Made by a program: the position numbers and the translations under genes. Under the pieces are notes generated by a model. It had not been told where the DNA came from, made no database searches, and worked only from the letters and a program-made list of their open reading frames with translations. From the NCBI GenBank assembly GCA_012295275.1, contig CM022666.1, positions 14,322,001 to 14,386,000 on the forward strand: a DNA stretch of 64,000 nucleotides, given 5' to 3'. The DNA comes from Chrysomallon squamiferum (lineage: Eukaryota; Animalia; Mollusca). Shown in pieces: positions 41,460 to 54,827 of this stretch; position 1 is the first letter of the stretch; every line of letters starts with the position of its first letter.

Positions 41460-42613
41460 ATATTAATAACAATAACTGGATAAAAAAAAAAAAATCAAAA
41501 AACAAAAACAAAAAATGTACAGAAAACCCACTCCCTATCTTCCTCTCTACCGAACTACAATCTTCTTCTTCTTCTTCTTCTTCTTCTTTTTCTTCGCTTA
41601 TCAAGCTCGGAATTAACGTAAGAGAAATTTGCTTTCTTTGTACGGCTGGGAACGGAAATTAACAAAGCACGATGTGTTCTGCTTGCAATCGCGGACCTAA
41701 CAGCGAACGCCTTTCATTAAGTTACTTCCACATCGTTCAATCACCCAGCTAATGAAAGTCGTTTTCGGCCTCTTTCCTTTATTGGTTCTTGTGTCTGTCT
41801 GTCTGTCTGTCTGCCATCGTCTGCTGTAAAACTCTGATTGTATTCTGAACTATTTCTATTCTACATAGAGAGATAAATAAATTGTGTTGTTGGTAACCAT
41901 GGTTTTAATATATATATATTATATTAATTATTATTATTACTTCTTATTTTTTGTATTGGCTTCTTCTTCTATTTTCAGTACGTTTTATCTATGATTAAAA
42001 GTAAATATAATTATACAGTCTTGTAGGTAACCATGGTGATTTCACTTTCTCTAGTTATTTTCTCAATACATTAACTCTGACAGTAACTGCAGCATTGCCA
42101 AATTAATAATAATCGTCATCATCATCATCATTATCATTATTTTGTCATCATTCATAACAACAGCAACAAACTACATGTATAACATGTTCACAAATACGCA
42201 TACACATAACATTTATATTAATATGCGATTTAAATAAAATTAATTTGAAATAACATTAACGTAAGTAAATTACTCTATCAAGTTTTGTTCTTTATTTTAT
42301 TTCTGTTTATTTATTTATTTATTAATTATTAATTTGTTTTACAGTCTGATTTTTATCTGTTACTATTGATATCACGTGTAATGCATGTGCATAATATCAG
42401 AGATTAACCCATTCAACTATGATTTGCTATCACCATAAACGTACTATCGTTGGTCAGTCTTTCCAAGTTATTTTTTCATCTGATTAGGCTTAATTAACTT
42501 AGTGTGCCTGGGGAGTCGACTTAGGTGTCAAATCGCTTAATGAAAAGTTAACACAAATTATCTGTAAATTATAAAAATGCTTTTACGACTCCTGTCTATT
42601 AAGATGTCGAAAT

Positions 42614-43772
42614 GCAGGGGAAAGTAGGGACCAAGGAGCCATTTTGAAGATATTTGGCCATTTCATCCAAACCTTGATAGATGTTGACTGAACAACTGTT
42701 GGTGCTTATAGGTAAGTGAACAAGGAACCGCCCATTGGTGTCCTGTGGGCTATCATCTCGAACATTGGAACTAGCAAGAAACGACACAACTGTAAATCTT
42801 TTTCTTTTTAATCCCTATCACAAATTTCAAATGAGTTGCACAGACTGTAATAAATGATGGGTGAAATTACATATTCGACACACTGACCTCTGTCTAGGGC
42901 ATATTGTGCTACTGACACTGTCTCCAAGGTTTCAGTATATTTTAGAGATTCCTAAAGTAATGCTGAATCTTACTGAAGATTGAGCTCCATCCAAACTGCC
43001 ACAGAATTGTATGATTCCCTTCTGCCTTTTATTAGGTTTGCACAACAAGTTGAGCAAGGACATCCAAAATGAAATCTGCCTCATCTGAGCTTATGTCTTC
43101 CTGGACAGGCTCAGTAAATGCACATGACATAATCTGCTTGGAAGATTTTCTGAGAAACTGGACTTCATAGTCCGTCTTCATCATCTTTTGTTGTGTGATT
43201 ACACCGATGTAGTTCTGCTGAGGAAAAACCTCAGTCTGTCTTCCATTCTTTCTTTCTAGGCATTTTTTTTTTTTATATATATATATATATACCAGAAACA
43301 GCACTCTATTCTATCCAGAAGAAAAGTAATACCAGCAATTAATTATCTGTCGAATAATATTGATTTTAAATCTCTATATTCCTCCGAAAGACAATAATAT
43401 CCAGTGAACCATCTTATCATTTGTCTCCAACATTGCTTTCATTTTGTTAGCTCAGTGTACCAGAGAACCACATGGCTGATCGAATAAAACTGTATTTAGA
43501 AGTCAAAAGAAATTACTAAAGAAAAACACAAATCTTTTCAGGATCTACGAAATATGTTTTATCACCTCAGTATTAACTTGTAACCAAAACACAAACATTT
43601 ACTCAAGATAGTCAGAAACCTACTTTTTAACTGATGGACTGCTCTAAAGCTCTCTAAACAGAGTTTGGTGAAAGTCACATGTATAGTATTTCCATTGATG
43701 GTGGATAGATGTCACTACCATTTTGGAGTCAAATATTTATGGGGTGGCTCATAGCTCCCCAGTTTCCCCTAC
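42614..43772 (-). mobile_element. Degenerate TIR DNA transposon (pogo/DDE-like) inside the pore-forming gene intron
   Basis: Imperfect TIRs: GCAGGGGAAAGTAGGGACCAAGGAGCCA at 42614 and GTAGGGGAAACTGGGGAGCTATGAGCCA (reverse complement of 43745-43772). The internal minus-strand remnant YIGVI...DYEVQFLRKSSK...F.EP..EDIS resembles the C-terminal domain seen after invertebrate pogo-like transposases. Confidence 0.6.
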
Positions 43773-44296
43773 TGCTAATGGTACGAACCTGTATAAGTGA
43801 TTCCTCATTTAGGTCTATAATTATTTTGGTGGAATCTAGAAAAATCTAAATAATATCTTCAGACCGCTTGTTTATATAGTGATATCTGTAATATTATTTT
43901 AATAATGAAAGAGAAAATGGAGTTTTCTCACGTTGTCAAAATCATTAGAGATTTGCTTGTAGAAGTCAGTCACAGATGACAAGATTGTGCAATTTGTCGC
44001 CTCGTGAAATCACGTCTTAATAACGTTGAAATTAATCTCATTCTTCTGTGTGTAATGCGACTGGTGAAATTAATTCTCATGTGCCAAAGAAATAAATAAA
44101 AATTTAAAACTACAGACGTTTTTAACACGAAATAATAGTCCGGCTATCATTCGTCAGAAAATTAAAGTTTTCTGTGTACTCAATCTTTAATGACTTTTGA
44201 CTTTGCAGTAATATTTGTATTGATCATTAGTTTAGTATGGATGAAAAGAGATAATTCATTGATCATCTGAGGAATATAGATAAAGACGTTTAATTT

Positions 44297-44347
<51 letters not shown>

Positions 44348-44578
44348 CATTTATTTATTTATTTTTTTTGTAAATTGTTTTTATAATTCTAAGTTGATCC
44401 TTAAATAACAGATTCTTTATTCTTCATCATCATCGTCTTCTTTCTTCTTTTTTTTTTCATTATTTGTGCTGTTAGTACCGTTACAACAACTACTATAATT
44501 ATTTATGTATTATTAATGTTGATGTTGTTGTTGCTGTTGTTGTCGTCGTTACATTGATTATTTTTGTTATTTTATCAG

Positions 44579-45550
44579 GAGACAACAGACAACCAGCCAG
44601 AGACGAAGATTTTAAAAGGACCAGAAATACCGCAAATTGTGACCACGTCGCCTAGCAGTAGAAATAGTAGTCGTCGTTGCTCAGATCAGCAATATTCGGC
44701 AACGACGCCAGCACAGGCAGCGTCGTTGTACGACAGTAAACCTGCTGACGTCACTAGTGTACATTTTCAAAGTAGGAGTAGAGTAGTTGACCATACAGAC
44801 TTTAGTAAACCGGTTTCGGGTTCAGTGAGGGTAGGACCCGGATGTAGTTCTGCTTTAGCAGGAAAGACTGAGTCTGTCGGTGTTGCCGACGTCAAAACGT
44901 CTTCTTGGGAAACAGGCAAAAAATTGTCTCAGTCAGAGACAACGTATTACGAAAATGTGACAGTGCCGTCAAAATCGGAAACAGAAGTTAGTCAGATGAA
45001 AGGAAAATCTAAATGTTATATGAAACAGTCGCGAGTTGTTGACCCAGACGCGAAACAGACGGCGCCATCTTTGTCAGACACTAAGCAGACGGCAAAATCT
45101 TTGGAAAATACGAAGCAGACGGCAAAATCTTTGGAAAATACGAAACAGACGACAAAATCATCAACAGACACAAAACAGACGACAAAACCTGATTCATCTA
45201 CGAAATCTTCTGGTAAAGCTATGACAGGACTAACATCTGTCTTAGACCCCATCAGCAGGCAGACGGCTAAATCGGACACAGACGCAACGCAGACACAACA
45301 AACGGACTCAGACACGAAACGGACAAAACCGGCAGACGTGAACGTCTTAGAATCAAAAACAATTCTTCGCGGGTTGCTAGATTCTGAATTGGCAGAAAAA
45401 CGTCGAATACGAGCTAAAGTGGATCTGAAAGGAGACGTGTTTACTAGACACAGTTTGCCAGTGTCGAAGAACGATGAGTTGAGAAAAGCTGTTTTGTCTG
45501 AAGAAAAGAGAAAAAACTTGTCCAAGTTAACGAAATGTACCAGCGTGTGA
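44579..45550 (+). CDS. Probable coding exon 2 of the pore-forming protein gene: Ser/Thr/Lys-rich disordered tail with 10-aa repeats
   Basis: TTTTATCAG acceptor in phase 0 matches the 39732 donor. 323 open codons with no ATG start near the 5' end. It ends ...KRKNLSKLTKCTSV*. Confidence 0.7.
   Translation, partial: ETTDNQPETKILKGPEIPQIVTTSPSSRNSSRRCSDQQYSATTPAQAASLYDSKPADVTSVHFQSRSRVVDHTDFSKPVSGSVRVGPGCSSALAGKTESVGVADVKTSSWETGKKLSQSETTYYENVTVPSKSETEVSQMKGKSKCYMKQSRVVDPDAKQTAPSLSDTKQTAKSLENTKQTAKSLENTKQTTKSSTDTKQTTKPDSSTKSSGKAMTGLTSVLDPISRQTAKSDTDATQTQQTDSDTKRTKPADVNVLESKTILRGLLDSELAEKRRIRAKVDLKGDVFTRHSLPVSKNDELRKAVLSEEKRKNLSKLTKCTSV
45047..45200 (+). repeat. Coding 30-bp tandem repeat (D/N-TKQT-A/T-KS-xx), 5 copies
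   Basis: DAKQTAPSLS DTKQTAKSLE NTKQTAKSLE NTKQTTKSST DTKQTTKPDS. Further degenerate copies occur near 45250-45340. Confidence 0.9.
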
Positions 45551-45705
45551 TCGCGAAATTTTTAAATCATTATTATATCAAATGTAACGAATATGATGAT
45601 CTTAGAAAAGCTGTTTTAAGAAGTAAAACTCTTTAACGGAAAAGAAAATGAGGGAATCAGTGAAATCGTAGAATTGCAAAGTCGGGCATTTTGTTATGAT
45701 TTAAT

Positions 45706-45769
<64 letters not shown>

Positions 45770-46769
45770 AATAGTAGCAACAAATACATAAACAAGTTTT
45801 ATGGATATAAGAAAATAATTTGAATTTGAAGATCATAAAACTTAATTTCTGTTTGTTCGTTGAAAGAAGGAGTTTTAAATGTGTTTAATGTTACTTATCA
45901 TTCCTATATGGAAAAACATTGAGAATTCTAAGACCGACTGTTAATTATTAATGCAGGATTCCATGATTGCCACGTAAACTGTAAGAAACCAAATGTATTC
46001 GTGAATTATTGCACGCGAGTTACAAAACAACGTTTATACGTGCGTTACAAAAAGATACATTTCTACGTGACTTTCAAAAATATGTTTGTAGAGAGTTGCA
46101 AAATGATCCGTTTGTATTTTTATATGATAAAAACTGTCTGGTCGACAATTTGCATCACTGTCTCCCACCTGCTGCGAATTGTGGAGTTGTAATATTATTT
46201 ATTTACTTTCTCGTCTCTTTAACTAATGTTCTCAAACATCCAGCACTCATGTCCGATCTTGTCGTACGACTGATATACGCAATAATTTAATAAAGATATA
46301 GAGAGAAATGATACATATTATTTACAAACCAAGTGAGCAAATTTGTCGAGAAAATAATGATATTCGCACTGATTTTAATGTCTTGGTTACAAAACATCAA
46401 GAGTTTGTTTTCCATTCATCAGAGTTTGAGTTTTTAAGGCTGTTTAAAAATGATAACATTTATTATGATAAATATTGTCCAGGTTGATCAAAGAATGTCG
46501 CGACGTTATGTATTTTGTTTAGCAATTAATAAAATAAAGTTTAATTTAGTGTTGTTATGTTTGTTTATAATGAATGTTTTTTCAACAAAGAAAAATAAAT
46601 AACAAGCAGGAGGATACTGATACGTGAGTTACAAAAAAAGATATGATCGTAGGTGCGTTAGAAAACAAACAACGTTTTTACACGACTAACAGAAGAACAG
46701 GAATATATATATATATATATAAACCGACTGCTTATATCCGTTGCTTATATATTGTCCACGCCTGTTGTT

Positions 46770-46910
46770 ATGACGTCATGGCGGAAGGATGTTTTTTGTT
46801 TGGTTTGTTTTTAATGTGTCCAATGTAGTTATAACATTCAGTCCCTACGCATATTGGTCTTGTATGCGATGACGTCACAATATCAGTACAATGGCCTAAA
46901 ATGGCGGCTT
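46770..46910 (+). promoter_or_regulatory. Promoter-like motif cluster: two TGACGTCA (CRE) sites and a YY1-like AAAATGGCGGC
   Basis: Motifs are directly visible within about 140 bp. Function is inferred only. Confidence 0.35.
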
Positions 46911-47689
46911 TTAAATGTTTCATAGCAATATCATTTAATGTTATGCTTGTTATGAGTGACGAAAGGTTCCATAAAATTAACTAATAACTTGGCAGGGTCA
47001 AACATTTTAACTTTAAATTGCAAGAATGTTTCAAATAATTAGAAATGGCTGACATATTATGATAAACTCAGTGTATTCATAATTCTTAATCCGAAATTCC
47101 GTTTCCAAGTAATTATTTCTTATTCATAAATTCTCCGAGATTATCAATAAACAGTTATTATTCTGTACAAGTAAAATAAACTATTCGGGAACGCACTGAC
47201 ACAGGAGGATAAAGTCTAATCACAAACCCCGTCAGATGTCGCTGACGAGACTCGAATGTGTGGCGCCCATTCCGAAAATCTTCACGGTCTGTTTTAATAA
47301 TCAGAAACGAAGGAGAAATCAGCATATTAAATTATTTAATTTAAGATTTCTTTTTAATGTGTATTTATACGTTATAAAAACAATAAAACAATAATAATAA
47401 TGATAAAAAAGAACCCCATAAATAAACACATAAATAAATAAATATATAAATAAATAAAATTTAAGGAATTGAAAGAAAGAATTAATGAATAAATAAAAAG
47501 TTAAAAATTAAAATGTTAAAAATTTAACAAAATTCCTTGAAAACGAAATGTAGGTAAGGTTTAACAGTCTGGACAAGTGAGCAATCCTTTGCAAATGTAA
47601 CGATATTATATAAGACCAACATATATATCAGTTTTTTCACTCTTTCATATATAATAAGAGACGTAGCTAGAGGTTTGTCTAAGAAGTAA

Positions 47690-47890
47690 GAGTTAACAGT
47701 TATCTTTCTTTCTATTTTATTAGTGTTTTCGGAATTATTAACACACATATTCTCTTACATGCTAATCTTGAGTAAATGGGTTTGAATATTATTCACTGTC
47801 GTCTAGTTTTCCTATTTGGTACTATATAAAGATCGATTATTATATTTCTTCTTCTGTTTCTTCTAATTATTACTATGGTTATTATTATTA

Positions 47891-47934
<44 letters not shown>

Positions 47935-48169
47935 TTGTTTTTTATTATTATTTTCCAGATTTAATTTGTGCACCACTAGAAAAACAAATCTCGATAAGAT
48001 CATAAATTTTAAGGTGTGTGTGACAAACCATCTGTGTAATAGACAAAGTGAAATATTTTGTGCCATATATACCCTATTAATCTAAAAATCCTCGTATGTT
48101 TCATAGTAGTTGTAGCGGAATCATAATATTGAATACAAATCTATTTTCCTCTTTAAACTGTTATTTCTT

Positions 48170-48200
<31 letters not shown>

Positions 48201-48217
48201 TTATTATAATTATTATA

Positions 48218-48259
<42 letters not shown>

Positions 48260-48266
48260 GCTGCTG

Positions 48267-48303
<37 letters not shown>

Positions 48304-49545
48304 GATTATTATTATGATTATTATTATTATTGTATCAATTTCATTAATTATATGGCATCTTGGTTAATTAATCATTAGGTGGAGAATATCTTAAATAAAT
48401 TTTAATTTTACAATATATATTTCTTTTAAGTTTCAAATTAGTGAAACCTATCCAGATAAAACTTCGAACACGGAAAATACGAATCAATGAGATGACGTCA
48501 CATATTTCTACTTTTTCAAATATTAAAAAATCTTCCTATCATCGTGAACCTGTTATTTTAATCAAATTTAGCAAATTTTGTAAAGTTATCAGCTACAATT
48601 TCAAATGAACTAAAACTAATGTAAACACTTATGTTGACTTCTGATAACACGAGTTGATCTATGCACCTGCTGATTCGGTTTTGTGTCACGTGCTGAGAGA
48701 AACGCCCACCATAACATACAAGTTTAGTTTAGTTTTAAATCTCATGAACGATTAGTTTTCTTGCTGTTTGACACGTTCAGTATTTTCAGGTAAGATATTA
48801 AAGTTATTATTTATTCAATTTCTATCAACTGGTTTTAAAATTTATTATTATTTATTATTTGGGGATTCATTGCTGTATTATTTTAAATTAATAGATACTG
48901 GTTAAAATAATGAGAATAGAAATAATAAAAAAGAAAATAATAAATAAGAATAAAGTAATAATAAAATATGAAAAAATGTAAATAAGTAAAAGAGTAAATG
49001 TTGCTGTTGTTTTATTATAATTTAAAAAGACGTACAACATGTTTCTGTTTTGTTCGTCTTGAACTGAATTGTCTGTTTAGTTATTAGAATAAACTTCACC
49101 GAACATTGATCTGTTTCTGTAGTAACGAAGAATATAAGATTAAGAAACTAACATAATAAACTTGAAGTCAAAATCTAGCTACTCAGTGTGGACATGATTG
49201 CAATCTTTTGGAAATGTAATCGATGTTATATATATCAATTTTTCATATAAGGTAGGAAACGTGACTAGTGGTCCGTGTAGTTGATACATCAGCTAACAAA
49301 TAATTTGAGTGTGTCACGTAAGAAATAAACAGTTATCTGTTATCGTTCTTTCTATTTTATCAGTGTTGCTGGAATTATTAACACACATATTCTCTTACAT
49401 ACTAATGTTGACTTAATAGGTTTGAGTATTTTTTAGTACAGTTTAATTTTCGTATTGGTACTTGACAGAGATTGAATATTATAATACGTTTTTCTTCTAC
49501 TCCTTCTAAGTATTATTATAATCATTATTATTCAGTCCTTTTTTC

Positions 49546-49598
<53 letters not shown>

Positions 49599-50437
49599 TG
49601 TATATCAATATCGATAATGATATAGTGTCATAGTTAATCAGTTTGGTATTATTGGTATAGTTTACTTAATCAACTGGAGTCGATACTTAAATCAATTTTA
49701 ATATTACTATATCTATTTCTTTTAAATGTCATGCTTCTGAAAACAAAATCTAGGTATATAGAAAAACTGAATAAGGATAATACTAATCAATGAGATGACA
49801 TCACAGATTTCTAGTTTCTCAAATATTTAAAATTCTACGAGTCATCGTGAACCTCTTATTTTTCATAAATCAAATTTTAATCAAATTTAGTAAATTTTGT
49901 AAAAGACGTTCAGGTACAGTTTCAAATAAGTGTAATCACTGTTGTAGACTTCTGATAAGTGAGGTTGACCTATGTAACTGTGATTAGGTTTTGTGTCACG
50001 TGCTGAGAGAAACACCCACTATAGCGTATTAGTTTATTTTATTTTTGTAGCTGATGAACGATTAGTTTTCTTGCTGTTTGTCTTGTTCAGTATTTTCAGG
50101 TAAGAGATTAACGTTATTATTTATTCGTTTTCTGTCAAATGATTTTAGAATTTGTTCATAACGATTGTTGCGTTATTTCGTGTACAAATGCATGAGAAAC
50201 GTACCATTGCTATAGAAACAGAAACAAAACAACAACAGCTATTAAATTTTTTCTGTTAATCATCCACATTTCACTTGTAAACCGTCCTGTTCATAAGATA
50301 ATAATTTTCAGTAGAAATTGATAATTAGTCTCATCTTTTTCCATTTAAACAAAATAAGTTTTTTCTTTTTCATTCTGCCTACTACTACTAATAGCTATTT
50401 TATTGTTGTTTATTATTACTTATTATTGTTATTATTA

Positions 50438-50469
<32 letters not shown>

Positions 50470-50580
50470 TGCTATTTTATTTATATTTGTCATAAACAGT
50501 ATAGCTAGAATATTGCTATATATTTAATTATATAACATAATCCCCATCTACTTAAATAATAATAGATAATGAAAAAAACG

Positions 50581-50617
<37 letters not shown>

Positions 50618-50854
50618 GATGAAGATGATTAAATTTTAAAGAAAATCTGTACTATTTGGGGATTTATCACTGAATTTGATTTAAATTAATGGATACTGAT
50701 TAAAATAATGAAATTAAAAATGATAAAAATAAAATAATGAAAAATAATAATAAAGTAATAATAGCAGATGAAGAAAACAGAAGAAATTAAGCAGTAAATA
50801 TTGTTGTTGTTTTTTTATAACTCAAAAATCTAACATTATATCCTTGAAAACAAA

Positions 50855-50889
<35 letters not shown>

Positions 50890-51595
50890 CGTTGTTTTTT
50901 TATAATTATTTTTTAAGTTTAATCTTTGGATCACTAGAAAACCAAATCTGGATAAAATTTTAAATAGAATCATCAAACAAATTTTAAGACGTCTTAGATG
51001 TGACATTTTAAACAGATAAAACCATTTTGGTACCTATGATAATATTAATTGTGCTTCTGCTCTGTCACGTGCTGCGATCATGTGTCACGCGCTTGTGTTT
51101 CGTCACGTGTTGCGATCATGTTTCACGCGCGTGTTTCGGGAGAAACGCCCACCAAAAACATTCTGATAAGTTTATTATTTTGTAACATACAACTTCTTTC
51201 TCTGACTTTTTACATACTAAGTTTTATTTAATGGGATACATCTTAAGAAAACTTGTCACTTAAAATCAAACGTAAAATATTTAGCTATTGAAAAATATAT
51301 TTTATTTATTAGAAAATGTCTGAAAATATGGAAGATAATATAACTGTTAGAATAAATGTAATAGAATATGCTGCTTTAAGCAAGAAAAGAAGCACATTTT
51401 AAGGTATGTATAATAAATATCTTGTATAATAGAGAAAGTGAAATATTTTGGGCGACATAGGCCCTATTAATCCAGAAAGCCTCGTATGTTTTATACTATT
51501 TGTAGCGGATGGAAAATCTTGACTACAAATCTAGTTTGATATTTAAATTGTTATTTCGTTTTATGATTATGATTATGATGATGATGATGATGATG

Positions 51596-51633
<38 letters not shown>

Positions 51634-52879
51634 GATTATTATTATTATTATTTGTATATCAATATCACTAATGATATGGTGTCTGAATTAATTTTGTGTT
51701 CTTGGTATTGTTTAGTTTATCAACTGGAGAAGATACTTAAAAAAAATTTAATATTACTATGTGTATATCTTTTAAATATGCTTAGTGAGACGTACGTAGA
51801 TGAAATTGAATAAGGATATTACTAATCAATGAGATGACGTCACAGATTTCTACTTTCTCAAATATTTAAAAATCTACGAGTCATCGTGAACCTCTTATTT
51901 TTCATAAATCAAATTTTAATCAAATTTAGCAAATTTTACAGCAGCCGTTCAGCTAGAGTTTCAAATAAAATAAATGTAAACACTGATGTGGACTTTTGAT
52001 AACTGATGTTAACCTTAGTAACTGCTGATTAGATTTTGTGTCACGTGCTGAGAGAAACGCCCACCATATCATACAAGTTTAGTTTAGTTTTAAGCATATG
52101 AACATTTAGTTTTCTTTCTGTTTGACATTATTTTCAGTATTTACAGGTAAGAGATTAAAGTTATTATTTATTCATTTTCTGTCAACTGATTTTGGAATTT
52201 ATTAGTAACGATTGTTGCGTTATTTCAAATTTATGAGAAACGTACCATGGCTATATAAATGGAAACAAAACAACAACAGCTATTTAGATTATTAAAATGT
52301 TTTTTTTTAATCATCATATTTCACTTGTAATCTATATATTTCTTAAGATGATTATTTTCAGTGAAAATTCATTCTTAGTCTCATCTTTTCCATTTAAACA
52401 AAATAAGTTTTCCTCTTTTTCATTGTGCCTACTACTACTAATAGTTAGTTTATTGTTGTTTATTATTACTATTATTGTTCTTGTTCTTCTTGTTCTTCTT
52501 GTACTTGTTCTTGTTCTTCTTGTTCTTGTTCTTCTTCTTCTTATTATTATTGTTATTATTATTATTCAGTTGGATTTTTATAATTATTTTTTAAGATTAA
52601 TCTCTGCATCACTAGAAAACCAAATCTGGATAAAATTCTAAATAGAATCATCAAATAAATTTTAAGACGTCTTAGATGTGACATTTTAAACGGATAAAAC
52701 GATTTTGGTACCTATGATAATATAAACTATGAAAATTTGCTAATTTCGGTAATTTGTCACGTGCTTTTGTTCTGTCACGTGCTGCGACCATTTCTCACGA
52801 GCTTCTGTTTCGTCACGTGTCACCCGCTTGTTTCGCGAAAACGCCCACCAAAAACATTCATCTTCTTCTTCTCCTTCTT

Positions 52880-52910
<31 letters not shown>

Positions 52911-53715
52911 TTATTATTATTATTATTATTATTTGTATATCATTATCTTAATTAATTTTGTGTTCTTGGTATAGTTTAGTTAATCAACTGGAGAAGATAT
53001 CTGTATGTTTTAAATATCATTTTAGTGAGATGTACGTAGATAAAATTGAATAAGGATAATACTGATCAATGAGATGACGTCACAGATTTCTACTTTCTCA
53101 AATATTTAAAAATCAACGAGTCATCGTGAACCTCTTATTTTTCATAAATGAAATTTTAGTCAAATTTAGCAAATTTTACAGCAGACGTTCAGCTAGAGTT
53201 TCAAATAAAATAAATGTAAACACTGATGTTGATTTCTGAAAAGAAGATTGACCTATGTAACTGCTGATTAGATTTTGTGTCACGTGCTGAGAGAAACGCC
53301 CCCCATATCATACAAGTTTAGTTTAGTTTTAAAGCTGATGAACAATTAGTTTTCTTGTTGTTTGACATTATTTTCAGTATTTACAGGTAAGAAATTAAAA
53401 CTTTTATTTATTCATTTTCTATCCACTGATTTTAGAATTTGTTATTAACGATTGTTGCGTTATTTCGTGTAGTGATGTATGAGAAACGTTCCGCAGCTAT
53501 ATAAACAGAAACAAAACAACAACAGCTATTTAGATGATTAAAGTTTTTGTTTTAATCATCCACATTTCACTTGTAAACTGTTCTGTTCATAAAATGAGAA
53601 TTTTCAGTGGGAATTCATTGCTTGTCTGATCTTTTTCATTAAAATAAAATAAGTTTTCCTCGTTTTCATTCTGCCAACTACTAATAATAGTTAATTTCTT
53701 TTTGTTTACTATTAC

Positions 53716-53752
<37 letters not shown>

Positions 53753-54360
53753 TGTAAATTAATATCACTAACGACATAGTGTTTTGCTTAATTAATTTTA
53801 TATAATTAATACTGTTTAGTTAATTAACTGTTGAAGATACTTGAATAAATTTTAGTTTTACAATATCTATTTCTGTTAAGTATCATGCTTAGTGAGACAT
53901 ACAGAGATAATACTGAATACAGAAAATGCCACTCAGCGAGATGACTTCACAGATTTTTACTTTTTCAGCTATTTAAGAAACATCTTGTACTGTTATTTTC
54001 GTAAATCAAACTAATCAAATTTAGCATATTTCCAACAGACGTCAGCTAGAGATGGAAATAAAGGTAATGTAAACATTTGATGTGGACTTCTGGTAACTGC
54101 TGATTCAGTTTTGTGTGAAGTATTGAGAAATTAAGAAATAAATCTATTTTAGTTTTAAACCTGATCAACGATCATTTTGTTGTTTTGCTTTTTTAATTGA
54201 CAGATTCAATATTTTAAGACAAGTGATTAATGTTTTGTTGTTTTTTCAGATTCTATCGACCTATTTTTAAATTTATTTGTAACGATTTTGCTTTGTCCCC
54301 TGTATACATTTCTCAAAAACGTACCACGTCTATATATATAAATCAAGCTATTAAAATGTT
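47690..54360 (+). repeat. Array of diverged ~0.9-2 kb tandem duplications upstream of the TRIM gene (4 good copies and 1 decayed copy)
   Basis: A recurring block (CAATGAGATGACGTCACAGATTTCTAC...TTTTGTGTCACGTGCTGAGAGAAACGCCCAC...CAGGTAAGA) has CRE-type sites at 48493, 49796 (TGACATCA), 51835, 53075 and 53942 (TGACTTCA). Confidence 0.92.
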
Positions 54361-54400
54361 AATAAATAAAATATAATAATAATAATAATAATAATATTAA

Positions 54401-54447
<47 letters not shown>

Positions 54448-54827
54448 ATATGACTTGTCTTCTTACATATATACAGGAAGTAAGCATTATTTGTCGATAT
54501 TACAGAGTTCTCGGAAGTTATAGCTAATTTTTGTCCCTGTGATAAAGATAACTTGAACTGTATAACGAATACATCGTCTGAAGGTTCTATTGTCACGTGA
54601 GGATGTTTCACGTGAAGATTGTTATATTTTGTAATGTAGCTATTATTGGTGTGACTTTACGTGGAAAGAGGTAAAATAAGAACATCAGCTGTAATAAGTT
54701 TATAAAACATATTGTCAGATAGGAAAATATTTTTGAATATGTGGTTTGTATATGTACATATAAATTATCTTAATTATAGAGTGATCATCGTATTAATAAA
54801 ACAGTGGTGCCAAGTGTCTCTTGAACG

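Noticed and set aside
41893-42040. Two GTAACCATGG X-box-like (RFX) motifs in the pore-forming gene intron
   Set aside because: Both are imperfect matches and could be a short local duplication. There is not enough evidence for function.
48787-53390. TTTTCAG|GTAAGA sites as recursive (zero-length exon) splice points
   Set aside because: The flanking introns are short and the sites sit just downstream of promoter-type motifs, so first-exon donors are the simpler reading. This is not excluded without RNA data.
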